Assembly (NCBI GenBank): GCA_902797065.1
Contig: CADBRK010000085.1
Coordinates: 1-33,991 of the forward strand
DNA: 33,991 nucleotides
Direction: 5' to 3'
DNA from: an uncultured Ruminococcus sp.
GTDB taxonomy: Bacteria; Bacillota; Clostridia; Oscillospirales; Acutalibacteraceae
In this document: one piece after another, positions 1 through 7,312 of the stretch
How positions within the stretch are numbered: position 1 is the first letter of the stretch
Layout of the letters: each line of letters starts with the position of its first letter
Position numbers and translations under genes: made by a program
Notes under the pieces: model-generated
What the model was told of the DNA's origin: nothing
Seen by the model: only the letters and a program-made list of their open reading frames with translations
Database searches by the model: none

Positions 1-19
1 AGATAATTAGATAATATGG

Positions 20-124
20 TTGTAGGGTTGTAGGGTTTGTAGGGTTTTTTATATAAGTGTGTATAGAAAATTTAAAATGTAAAAGGGTTTTATAAAACCC
101 TACGAACTATACGAACCCTACGAA
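20..124. repeat. Two convergent short tandem arrays around a perfect 16-bp palindrome. Left array: TTGTAGGG, TTGTAGGG, TTTGTAGGG at 20-44. Right array: CCCTACGAA, CTATACGAA, CCCTACGAA at 98-124, which is the reverse complement of TTCGTAGGG-type units. Palindrome: GGGTTTTATAAAACCC at 85-100.
   Basis: Read directly from the sequence. The region is non-coding and lies at the window edge, so the upstream context is unknown. Confidence 0.8.
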
Positions 125-221
125 TTCCGCCGCAAGTTTTAAGCATGATTAATTACTGTCAAGCGGCAATTATCGATATATTTATGCAAAATGACGATTT
201 GAAAAAATTAAAGAAATAATA

Positions 222-251
222 CTATATTTTGTTATAAGAAAGTGATATAAT
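222..251 (+). promoter_or_regulatory. Putative extended -10 promoter for the zinc-ribbon gene (TGaTATAAT at 243-251, weak -35).
   Basis: TG-n-TATAAT lies about 50 nt upstream of the ATG at 304. No good -35 hexamer is present. Confidence 0.3.
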
Positions 252-303
252 ACTATCGTATTTTTTAGAAATACAAAATTAGTAGAACAGGGAGGAATAA
301 AAA

Positions 304-783
304 ATGAGTTTATTTGATGACGTTATAGTTAACGTTGCGGCAGCAGTAGACGAGGTAAACAAAAAGACAACGCAGTTTGTCGACAGATCAAAGGTGAGAG
401 TGGCTTCGGCAGAACTCAGAAGCAAGATCTCGGCGCAGTTCGAGACGCTCGGAAGATATGTATATGATACTACCGTTGCAGGTACAACAGACAAGGAAGT
501 AGTAGATCAGTACGTTTCTGAGATCACGGCTCTGATCGGTGAGCTGAAGGCTCTCCAGGAGGCGCTTCTCAAGACTTCCGGAAAGATTATCTGCCAGAAG
601 TGCGAATGTGCCAATTCGTCAGACAGCCTTTTCTGCAAGAGATGCGGAAACACGCTTGATTTTGCTAATCTCTACACGGCTAAGAATCCCGTTCCTCAGC
701 CCGATAATGTTGAGGCGGAACAGGAGCCTGCAGCAGAGGCAGCACCCGAGTGCGACGACGAGACAAAGACTGAGGAAGAATAA
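304..783 (+). CDS. Zinc-ribbon domain protein of unknown function, with a helical or coiled-coil-like N-terminus and an acidic C-terminal tail.
   Basis: ATG is preceded by GGGAGG (290-295). It carries a CQKC...CKRCG zinc-ribbon motif and is followed by an intrinsic terminator. Confidence 0.75.
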   Translation: MSLFDDVIVNVAAAVDEVNKKTTQFVDRSKVRVASAELRSKISAQFETLGRYVYDTTVAGTTDKEVVDQYVSEITALIGELKALQEALLKTSGKIICQKCECANSSDSLFCKRCGNTLDFANLYTAKNPVPQPDNVEAEQEPAAEAAPECDDETKTEEE

Positions 784-800
784 TTATTGAACCCAATTAG

Positions 801-838
801 GTAATACGCCTGCATATCCTGCGGCGTATTACTTTTTG
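801..838 (+). terminator. Rho-independent terminator.
   Basis: Perfect 10-bp stem GTAATACGCC (801-810) / GGCGTATTAC (823-832) followed by TTTTT. Confidence 0.8.
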
Positions 839-884
839 GCTAATTTGACTGCATTAAATTTTTGATTCGAAAAGAGGAGATCTT

Positions 885-2621
885 TTGAAAAAGAACAGGC
901 TGAAAAGCGCAAGGAACAAACAAAGCTTTATGCTTGGCGCAACGATCATGACTTTCTGTTTGCTTATCGTTAAGATCATAGGAATGCTGTATAAGGTCAG
1001 CTTATCCAACTTGTACGGAGCGGTGGGCGCAGGGCTTCTTGGCAACGCCTACGAGCTGTATATACCGCTGTTTACGCTTGCAACGGCAGGATTCCCGATC
1101 GCAGTGTCGAGAATGGTGTCGGAAAGTATGTCGTCAAAGAGATACAAAGACGTCCGACGTATCAAAGATGTGGCGATACCTTTCTTTGTGATAGCCGGTA
1201 CGATCGCTTTGCTGCTGATGGTGCTGTTCAGTTTCTTCTATGTGCGGATAATCGACGCTCCGGGTTCGTTCGTCGCTATTCTGGTGCTTGCGCCCGCCAT
1301 ATTCTTCGGGTGCCTTGTATCGGCATACAGAGGCTACTACGAGGGTATGAGGAACATGGTGCCGACGTCCGTTTCCGAGATAGTCGAGGCATTTGTAAAG
1401 CTCCTTGTAGGTTACTCTTTTGCCGCATTCGTAATGAAAAACGGCGAACACCTTTTCGGCATTAAAGATGAATATACGCTTATCAAGTGGTCGGTTGCGG
1501 CGGCTATTTCGGGTATCACCCTCGGTTCGTTCTTCAGCTTTTTGTATATCTGGCTGAGATACAAGCGTGAGGGCGACGGCATTACACCCGAAATGCTCAA
1601 AAGCTCGCCGAAGCCCCGCACGAAAAAAGAGACATTCCGTATCCTGCTGCGCACAGCAATTCCGATAGGCCTTGGCGCGCTTATCATGAGCGTTGCCGGT
1701 ACGGTTGACGCAGCATTGATTCAGAGACGCCTTATCACAATGATGGGCAGAACGCCCGATCTGCTGCTCAGAGAATACCCCGGGCTTATACCCGACGAGA
1801 TCGTCGGCAAGGGCAAGGTTCATACATATCTCTGGGGCTGCTACAACTACGCAATGACGATCATGAATCTTGTCGTTACGGTGACACAGGCGTTCGGTAC
1901 AACTGCGCTGCCCAATGTTACAAACGCATTTATAAAGGGCAACAGAGAGTACCTTAAAAACAGTATCGAAACTGTTATGCGTGTTACTTTTGTGTTTACT
2001 ATCCCTGCAGGGCTGGGGCTTACAGTGCTTGCAGACCCGATCATGCACCTTATTTACGGCTTCAAGCCCGATACAGATGTTTCTGTCGATATTCTCAGAC
2101 TCATGGGTATCGCCGTTATCGTGTTCGCTGCGGCTACGCCGATGTGCAGTATGCTTCAGGCTATAGGCAGAATAGATATGCCGCTCAAGCTGTACGCAAT
2201 TGGAATGCTTATCAAAGTAGTATCTAACTATGTTTTTGTAGGTATCCCGCAGATCAACGTACAGGGCGGAAGTATCGGCACGCTGCTGTGCTATACGTTC
2301 GTTATGGTAGTATCTGTCTATGTGCTGATAAAAGAGACGAAAATTATCCCGAATTTCAGGGTGATCTTAATAAAGCCCGCAATTTCGTCTATAATATGTA
2401 TAACCGCTACGGGATTGCTTTATAAGCTGCTTTCGGGCATTTTTGCGGGAGCGAGCAGAACGAATGCGCTTATCATTACATTGGCTTGTGTGATGATTGC
2501 GTGTATTATGTATGTGCTTTGTCTGTTGATTTTCAGAGCAATTACCAAAGATGATTTGCTGGCTATGCCTAAAGGTAACAAAATTGTAACAATCCTTGAA
2601 AAATATCGTCTGATAAGGTAA
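885..2621 (+). CDS. MOP-superfamily polysaccharide / lipid-II flippase (MurJ/SpoVB/YabM-like).
   Basis: TTG start sits 6 nt after AGGAG (874-878). The 578-aa product is a polytopic membrane protein with the MurJ/SpoVB-type N-terminal pattern. It lies upstream of mazG-hup-yabO, as yabM does in Bacillus. Confidence 0.85.
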   Translation: MKKNRLKSARNKQSFMLGATIMTFCLLIVKIIGMLYKVSLSNLYGAVGAGLLGNAYELYIPLFTLATAGFPIAVSRMVSESMSSKRYKDVRRIKDVAIPFFVIAGTIALLLMVLFSFFYVRIIDAPGSFVAILVLAPAIFFGCLVSAYRGYYEGMRNMVPTSVSEIVEAFVKLLVGYSFAAFVMKNGEHLFGIKDEYTLIKWSVAAAISGITLGSFFSFLYIWLRYKREGDGITPEMLKSSPKPRTKKETFRILLRTAIPIGLGALIMSVAGTVDAALIQRRLITMMGRTPDLLLREYPGLIPDEIVGKGKVHTYLWGCYNYAMTIMNLVVTVTQAFGTTALPNVTNAFIKGNREYLKNSIETVMRVTFVFTIPAGLGLTVLADPIMHLIYGFKPDTDVSVDILRLMGIAVIVFAAATPMCSMLQAIGRIDMPLKLYAIGMLIKVVSNYVFVGIPQINVQGGSIGTLLCYTFVMVVSVYVLIKETKIIPNFRVILIKPAISSIICITATGLLYKLLSGIFAGASRTNALIITLACVMIACIMYVLCLLIFRAITKDDLLAMPKGNKIVTILEKYRLIR

Positions 2622-2683
2622 AATAAAATATGGTTCAAAAATAGTTGCTTTGTATATTAAAACAGCGTTATTCGGAGAAGAAA

Positions 2684-3478
2684 ATGGAATTTGAGTTTAA
2701 GGAAAGATATGATTTTGACGATCTTGTGGAGATAGTAAGATGTCTGAGGCTTCCCGACGGCTGCCCGTGGGATAAGGTACAGACGCATAAGTCTATCAGG
2801 CAGGATTTTATCGAAGAAACGTACGAGGTCATCGAAGCGATAGACAACGAAGATACCGCGCTTCTTCGCGAGGAACTCGGAGACGTACTTCTGCAGGTGG
2901 TTTTCCACACGCAGATCGAGCGTGAAAAGCAGAATTTTGATATTCACGACGTTGCAAACGACATCTGCCAAAAGCTTATAATCAGGCACCCTCATGTGTT
3001 CGGCACGGTGAAGGCCGATACTACCGAAAAGGTGCTCGATAACTGGGATAAGATCAAAATGCAGACAAAGTCGCAGACGAAGCTCTCCGAGAGTATGGAC
3101 AGTATAGCAAAGTCGCTGCCGTCTCTTATGCGCGCCTCAAAGATACAGAAAAAGGCTGCGAAGATAGGGTTTGACTTTGAGAATATCGACGACGCTGCCG
3201 CAAAGGTGACAGAGGAGCTTGCAGAGGTGAAGGAAGCCGTAAAGTCGGGCGACGAGCAGGCAAAAGCCGAAGAGGTCGGCGATTTGCTTTTCTCTGTGGT
3301 GAATGTTGCAAGATTTGCGGGAGTAAACAGCGAAAAGGCGTTGTATGACGCATGCGAGAAATTCCTTGCGCGCTTTAAGTCGATGGAGACAATGGCGGAA
3401 GAATCGGGCGAAGATATGAGCGCAATGACTCTGACGGAGCTTGACGCGCTGTGGAACAAGACAAAAGCATTATCGTGA
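2684..3478 (+). CDS. mazG: MazG nucleoside triphosphate pyrophosphohydrolase with tandem MazG domains.
   Basis: Contains the CPWDKVQTHKSIRQDFIEETYEVIEAID...EELGDVLLQVVFH signature. ATG 2684 has a GGAGAAG RBS. The upstream extension to 2645 in the ORF track is unlikely to be translated. Confidence 0.9.
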   Translation: MEFEFKERYDFDDLVEIVRCLRLPDGCPWDKVQTHKSIRQDFIEETYEVIEAIDNEDTALLREELGDVLLQVVFHTQIEREKQNFDIHDVANDICQKLIIRHPHVFGTVKADTTEKVLDNWDKIKMQTKSQTKLSESMDSIAKSLPSLMRASKIQKKAAKIGFDFENIDDAAAKVTEELAEVKEAVKSGDEQAKAEEVGDLLFSVVNVARFAGVNSEKALYDACEKFLARFKSMETMAEESGEDMSAMTLTELDALWNKTKALS

Positions 3479-3537
3479 GATGATGTTATCTATATATTTC
3501 AATAACACTTATTATCAGTAAGACGGAGGATTTATTT

Positions 3538-3819
3538 ATGAATAAGAGCGAATTGATCTCTGTAGTTGCAGAGAAGAACGACATTACCAAGAAGGACGCA
3601 GAGAAGATCGTAACGATGGTTTTCGATACTATCGTAGACGCAGTTAAAGAAGGAGAGAAGGTTTCTATCGTAGGTTTCGGTACATTCGAGCAGAAGATCC
3701 GCAAGGAGAGAACAGGTGTTGACCCGAGATCACACGAGTCGATCACAATTCCCGAGGCAAAAGTTCCGTCATTCAAGGCAGGCAAGGCTTTCAAGGAGAT
3801 CGTTGACGGCAAAGAGTAA
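3538..3819 (+). CDS. hup: HU family DNA-binding protein.
   Basis: The 93-aa product reads MNKSELI...GFGTFE...R.GR/VDP...I.IP....P.FKAGK.FK, a typical HU sequence. GGAGGA RBS is present. Confidence 0.95.
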   Translation: MNKSELISVVAEKNDITKKDAEKIVTMVFDTIVDAVKEGEKVSIVGFGTFEQKIRKERTGVDPRSHESITIPEAKVPSFKAGKAFKEIVDGKE

Positions 3820-3824
3820 TAACA

Positions 3825-3990
3825 AACGTCGATGTCCCCCGCCTCTTTAGGCGGCGGGTTCCATACGTATGTCGGTGGCGGGTTTAAATCCCCCGCCGAC
3901 GTACGCAGGAGCTAAAGCTCCCCGACGTTTGCCTAAGTCGTCGCTCGCTCCAATCAAGCGAGCTTGTTGGAGCTTAGCTCCTTGTTTAAT
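3825..3990 (+). other. GC-rich multi-hairpin element in the hup 3' region (structured 3' UTR, unclassified ncRNA or REP-like element).
   Basis: Hairpins are present at 3838-3858, 3866-3905, 3908-3921, 3943-3962 and 3969-3981. A possible closing helix pairs AACGTCG (3825-3831) with CGACGTT (3923-3929). Confidence 0.5.
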
Positions 3991-3995
3991 AAAAA

Positions 3996-4036
3996 GGGTG
4001 CAGGCCGATTATAAGACCCGCACCTTGATTTTTTTT
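3996..4036 (+). terminator. Rho-independent terminator.
   Basis: Stem GGTGCAGG (3997-4004) / CCCGCACC (4017-4024) has one mismatch and is followed by TTGATTTTTTTT. Confidence 0.7.
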
Positions 4037-4047
4037 GAGGTGATGTA

Positions 4048-4290
4048 ATGAGACTTGACAAATTTCTGAAGGTATCGAGAATTATCAAACGCAGAACGGT
4101 AGCGAATGAAGCTTGCGACGCAGGCAGAGTTCTTGTGAACGATAAGCCCGAACGCGCGTCGTACACCGTAAAGGTGGGGGATATTATCGAGGTGCAGCTC
4201 GGCACAAAGCCTTTCAAAGCAGAGGTGCTGAGCATTAACGAGTATGCAAAGAAGGACGAAGCGCCCATGATGTACAGAGTCATCGGGTGA
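4048..4290 (+). CDS. yabO: S4-domain RNA-binding protein (YabO/Hsp15-like).
   Basis: The 80-aa product starts MRLDKFLKVSRIIKRRT.A...C..G.V.VN, an S4 motif. Its position after mazG/hup matches yabO synteny. Confidence 0.85.
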   Translation: MRLDKFLKVSRIIKRRTVANEACDAGRVLVNDKPERASYTVKVGDIIEVQLGTKPFKAEVLSINEYAKKDEAPMMYRVIG

Positions 4291-4321
4291 TGACAGGGCA
4301 GAATAATCGAAATATATTATG

Positions 4322-4354
4322 GCGGCAGCGGCTTTTTCCGATGCCGCTTGTTTG
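4322..4354 (+). terminator. Probable intrinsic terminator.
   Basis: Stem GCGGCA (4322-4327) / TGCCGC (4342-4347) is followed by TTGTTTG. The stem is short and the loop is large. Confidence 0.45.
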
Positions 4355-4488
4355 CATAATAATGAAGGAGTCTGAGGTCAGCCGAAATACAAGCGGATAT
4401 GTCGGGCAAAGCAAAACGTAAGGATAAAATGAATTATCTGTGCAGCTTTCCCTGCTTATTTACCCGCTGCTTTTCTTTTGCCCGATAA

Positions 4489-4517
4489 TTGACAAAAGAT
4501 TTGCCTTGTGCTAAGAT
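4489..4517 (+). promoter_or_regulatory. Sigma-A-type promoter for the paralog array.
   Basis: TTGACA (4489-4494), a 17-nt spacer ending in TGc, then TAAGAT (4512-4517). It lies about 35 nt upstream of the ATG at 4552. Confidence 0.55.
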
Positions 4518-4551
4518 AATACTAAAAAACGGGAAATCGGAAGGTGTTTTT

Positions 4552-5175
4552 ATGGAAAAGATAAAGAAGTATTGTCTGCCGAGTAAGGCGGGCGGTATTA
4601 TTACAGGTGTGGTATTTTTGGCGGCGGCGGTTTTTATTCTCTGGGCTGAATTCGTTTCAGGTCACACTTTGGGCATGGGCAGGATAGGCGCATGTCTGTT
4701 GTCTTTGGTCTTGATTGTGATTGCGTTTATGATGTATTATGCCATATACGGCAGCGCTGCGTCGAAGTATAAGAAAAGGATAGCGTATTTCGGAAGCCTC
4801 GGCGTGGCAGGGGCATTGGTACCGGATTTCAACAGAGGTGTACGCCTGTTTGGAGGAAAGCTTGTTGCGGGTGAGAATTTCCTTTTCGGCAAAGGCGAGG
4901 GCATGATAGTCATGTATCGTGAGATTAACTCTCTGCGCAGGAATGAGCACAGAACCGATTACACCTCGGGCAATCTGCCGACATTCAGGTACAGCTTGAT
5001 TCTCACAGCCGGGGGTAAGGACTATACTCTCTGTAAACTCTCACGGGAAGACGTACTTTCTCCGGAGTGGTATCAGTTCAGCGCGTTTCTCTCGCTGAAA
5101 AACCCGGCTATTCGGGTGAACCAGATCATTTCTCAGACACACAGCACGATCGATGATTCGTCGGAAGATGATTGA
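4552..5175 (+). CDS. Paralog 1 of a 2-TM membrane protein family of unknown function (N-terminal K-K-[YF]-C-x-P-S motif, TM hairpin, about 140-aa cytoplasmic domain, acidic C-terminal tail).
   Basis: ATG 4552 has a GGAAGGTG RBS and aligns with the starts of the paralogs (MEKIKKYCLPS). It shares the motifs LV.G.NFLFG...GM.VMY.EI, NEHRTDYTSG, YTLC, EWYQF, LKNP and DDSSEDD. Confidence 0.8.
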   Translation: MEKIKKYCLPSKAGGIITGVVFLAAAVFILWAEFVSGHTLGMGRIGACLLSLVLIVIAFMMYYAIYGSAASKYKKRIAYFGSLGVAGALVPDFNRGVRLFGGKLVAGENFLFGKGEGMIVMYREINSLRRNEHRTDYTSGNLPTFRYSLILTAGGKDYTLCKLSREDVLSPEWYQFSAFLSLKNPAIRVNQIISQTHSTIDDSSEDD

Positions 5176-5193
5176 TCGAGGGGAGGTCTTTCT

Positions 5194-5823
5194 ATGAAAA
5201 AAGTAAAAAAGTTCTGCGTGCCGAGTGTTGTTCCTGCGGTGATCGTATCATGTTTGATAATTTTCGTCGGCGCAGCAGCGTGCCGGTTTGCAATTACTTC
5301 CAGAATCGCAAATATTTATTATAAATTGGGCGGCGTCGGCTTTTTAATCGCTATGCTTTTTGCGGCACGCTTTATGTTTAAAGAAATGTATCAATGCTAT
5401 GCGATTTTGTTCAAAAAACGGCTGGAGTATTTCAGAAAGATCGGTGTTATATCTCAGGTTGCGCCCGATTTTGAACAGGGAGTACGCATATTCGGCAAAA
5501 ACCTTGTCGTCGGGAAGAACTTCCTTTTCGGACGAGAAAACGGTATGGTCGTCATGTACAGCGAGATAGATGTTCTGTACAGGCATGAACATAAGACGGA
5601 CTATGAATCAGGCGCTCGACCTTTGTACAGCTTTTATGTCAAGTTCATGTCGCGCGGTGAGGAGTACACTTTGTGCAGCCTTGATCATCGTCAAGCAATT
5701 TCAGACGAGTGGGTTAAGTTATGCGAACTGGCTTCGCTCAAAAACCCAAATATCCGCATCAGACGGGATTTTCAGAAGTCCCGCAGCGTTAAAGACGATA
5801 CAGTCCCGATTGATGATGATTGA
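5194..5823 (+). CDS. Paralog 2 of the same 2-TM family.
   Basis: There is an 18-nt gap after paralog 1 and a GGGGAGG RBS. The 209-aa product shares the motifs listed for paralog 1. Confidence 0.85.
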   Translation: MKKVKKFCVPSVVPAVIVSCLIIFVGAAACRFAITSRIANIYYKLGGVGFLIAMLFAARFMFKEMYQCYAILFKKRLEYFRKIGVISQVAPDFEQGVRIFGKNLVVGKNFLFGRENGMVVMYSEIDVLYRHEHKTDYESGARPLYSFYVKFMSRGEEYTLCSLDHRQAISDEWVKLCELASLKNPNIRIRRDFQKSRSVKDDTVPIDDD

Positions 5824-5841
5824 TCGCAGGGAGGTATTCTT

Positions 5842-6468
5842 ATGAAAAAAGTAAGAAGATTCTGTATGCCGAGTGCCGTTCCGGCGGCGATAGCTTCGTC
5901 TCTTATTTTTGCGGTCGGTGCGGTTGTGTTCTTGTTTACAATGATTTCCGAAAACTCAAATATTTATATCAAACTGTTCGGCGGTGCTTTTTGTATCGGC
6001 ATGTTTTTTGCCGCGCGCGCTTTGTTTAAAGAGCTTTATCTTAACTATGCGGCTATGTTCAAAAAGCGGCTGGAGTATTTTAAACAGATCGGCGTTTTCC
6101 CGATGGTTGCGCCCGATTTTGAACAGGGGGTACGCTGGTTCGGCAAAAACTTAGTCGTCGGGAAGAACTTCCTTTTCGGACGAGAAAACGGTATGATCGT
6201 AATGTACGGCGAGATAGATCAGCTTTTCAGGAACGAACACCGAACTGATTACACATCGGGTGACAGCCCGTCTTTCGATTATTATCTCAAGATGGTTGCA
6301 AACGGGAAGGAGTATACCATTTGCAGCCTGAAAAAGCAGAATCTTAATTCAGATGAATGGTATCAGTTCTGCAATTTTCTCTCTATAAAAAATCCGAATG
6401 CTCATATAAGCCAGTATTTCCAGCAGACGCAGAGCCTTGTCGATGATTCTTCGTCAGGCGATGATTAA
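5842..6468 (+). CDS. Paralog 3 of the same 2-TM family.
   Basis: There is an 18-nt gap after paralog 2 with a near-identical junction (TGATTGATCg.agggagg). The product is 208 aa and shares long identical nucleotide tracts with paralog 2. Confidence 0.85.
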   Translation: MKKVRRFCMPSAVPAAIASSLIFAVGAVVFLFTMISENSNIYIKLFGGAFCIGMFFAARALFKELYLNYAAMFKKRLEYFKQIGVFPMVAPDFEQGVRWFGKNLVVGKNFLFGRENGMIVMYGEIDQLFRNEHRTDYTSGDSPSFDYYLKMVANGKEYTICSLKKQNLNSDEWYQFCNFLSIKNPNAHISQYFQQTQSLVDDSSSGDD

Positions 6469-6587
6469 ACTTTGCGGCCACGCGGCCGCAGGCAGATTCC
6501 GTCCGGGTGTAATGTAAACGAAAGACATTTCCGCATGGATGATTTTTATCAGACCATGATTAAATTTTTTTATTGGAGGAAAAAATA

Positions 6588-7204
6588 ATGTTCGGGATAA
6601 AGAGATATTGTCTGCCGTCAATCATACCGATGATCCTTGTTATGATGATAGGCATTCTGTTTGATACACTGCTTATGATCGGTATTATCAATACCGAGCC
6701 TGTATGGATCAAGTTAGTGACGCTGGTTTTTTTCTTGGGTATCCTTGCGGCTTTTGCAGTTATCGCATGGAGAATGTATATCAGGTATGCGTATTGCTGA
6801 GAAAGAGGCGTAAACACTACGCAAAAACGGAAATGACAGAGTTGATGAAAAGTGATTTCAAATCGGCAGAACACAGATTTAAAAAGAATTTAAAAACCGG
6901 CAAAAGCTTTATTTTCGGAAAATCAAACGGTAATCTTCTAAGATACAGCGATATAGACATACTGTACCGCAACTTGCTTGAAACAACATACACTTACAGC
7001 AACAGAGTAACCTATACATATTCTATCAAGGTCGTGTCAAGCAGAGATGAGTCCGAGCTGTGTATAATACCAAATGATATGGCAGAGTCGGACGAATGGT
7101 ACAAATTGTGTGACTTTCTCGCCGAAATTTGCCCGACTATAGAAGTCCGTCAGGAAATAGTCAGGACTTTCAAATTTGTTGATGATTCACCGAGCAAGGA
7201 TTGA
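6588..7204 (+). pseudogene. Paralog 4 of the 2-TM family, disrupted by a 1-nt frameshift near 6790-6800.
   Basis: ATG 6588 (RBS GGAGGA) encodes MFGIKRYCLPS plus two TM helices and stops at 6800. The homologous C-terminal domain (LLRKRRKHY...FIFGKSNG...SDEWYKLC...VDDSPSKD) continues in another frame to 7204. Confidence 0.7.
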
Positions 7205-7276
7205 TAGTGCTTAGAAGCAGAGTACAAACAAATGTTTGATTTTTTTATTTAAACTACATTTTTTGTACAGTCACAT

Positions 7277-7307
7277 AAAAGGGAGAGGTCGGAAAATGAC
7301 CTCTCTC
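7277..7307 (-). terminator. Rho-independent terminator of the GHL10 gene.
   Basis: Stem GAGAGGTC (7283-7290) / GACCTCTC (7298-7305) with a T-run on the minus strand (AAAA at 7277-7280 on the plus strand). Confidence 0.75.
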
Positions 7308-7312
7308 TGCGC

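Noticed and set aside
1134-2048. A 304-aa ORF on the minus strand inside the flippase gene.
   Set aside because: It is fully antisense to a well-supported membrane-protein CDS. Its composition is rich in Arg, His and Cys, as expected for a shadow frame, and it has no RBS or recognisable motif.
3825-3929. A cloverleaf-like fold with a GGGTTTAAATCCCCC segment resembling a tRNA T-arm.
   Set aside because: The arm lengths are wrong: the middle arm is 40 nt and the last arm has a 4-nt loop. The total length is about 105 nt, and there is no conserved D-loop or T-loop sequence and no CCA context. It is not a tRNA and is kept only as an unclassified structured element.
4429-4488. A 19-codon Cys-rich mini-ORF (MNYLCSFPCLFTRCFSFAR) with an AAGGA sequence 4 nt upstream.
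   Set aside because: It is too short to support from sequence alone, and it ends exactly at the -35 box of the array promoter. It could be tested by ribosome profiling, but there is no positive evidence here.
6474-6489. A GC hairpin, GCGGCC-acgc-GGCCGC, just after paralog 3.
   Set aside because: The hairpin is stable but has no downstream T-run, so it is not a canonical intrinsic terminator. It may only be an RNA-stabilising or insulating hairpin.
6780-6800. Possible programmed ribosomal frameshift joining the two halves of paralog 4.
   Set aside because: There is no slippery heptamer (X XXY YYZ) and no obvious downstream stimulatory structure at the junction. A 1-nt deletion or a sequencing error is the simpler explanation.
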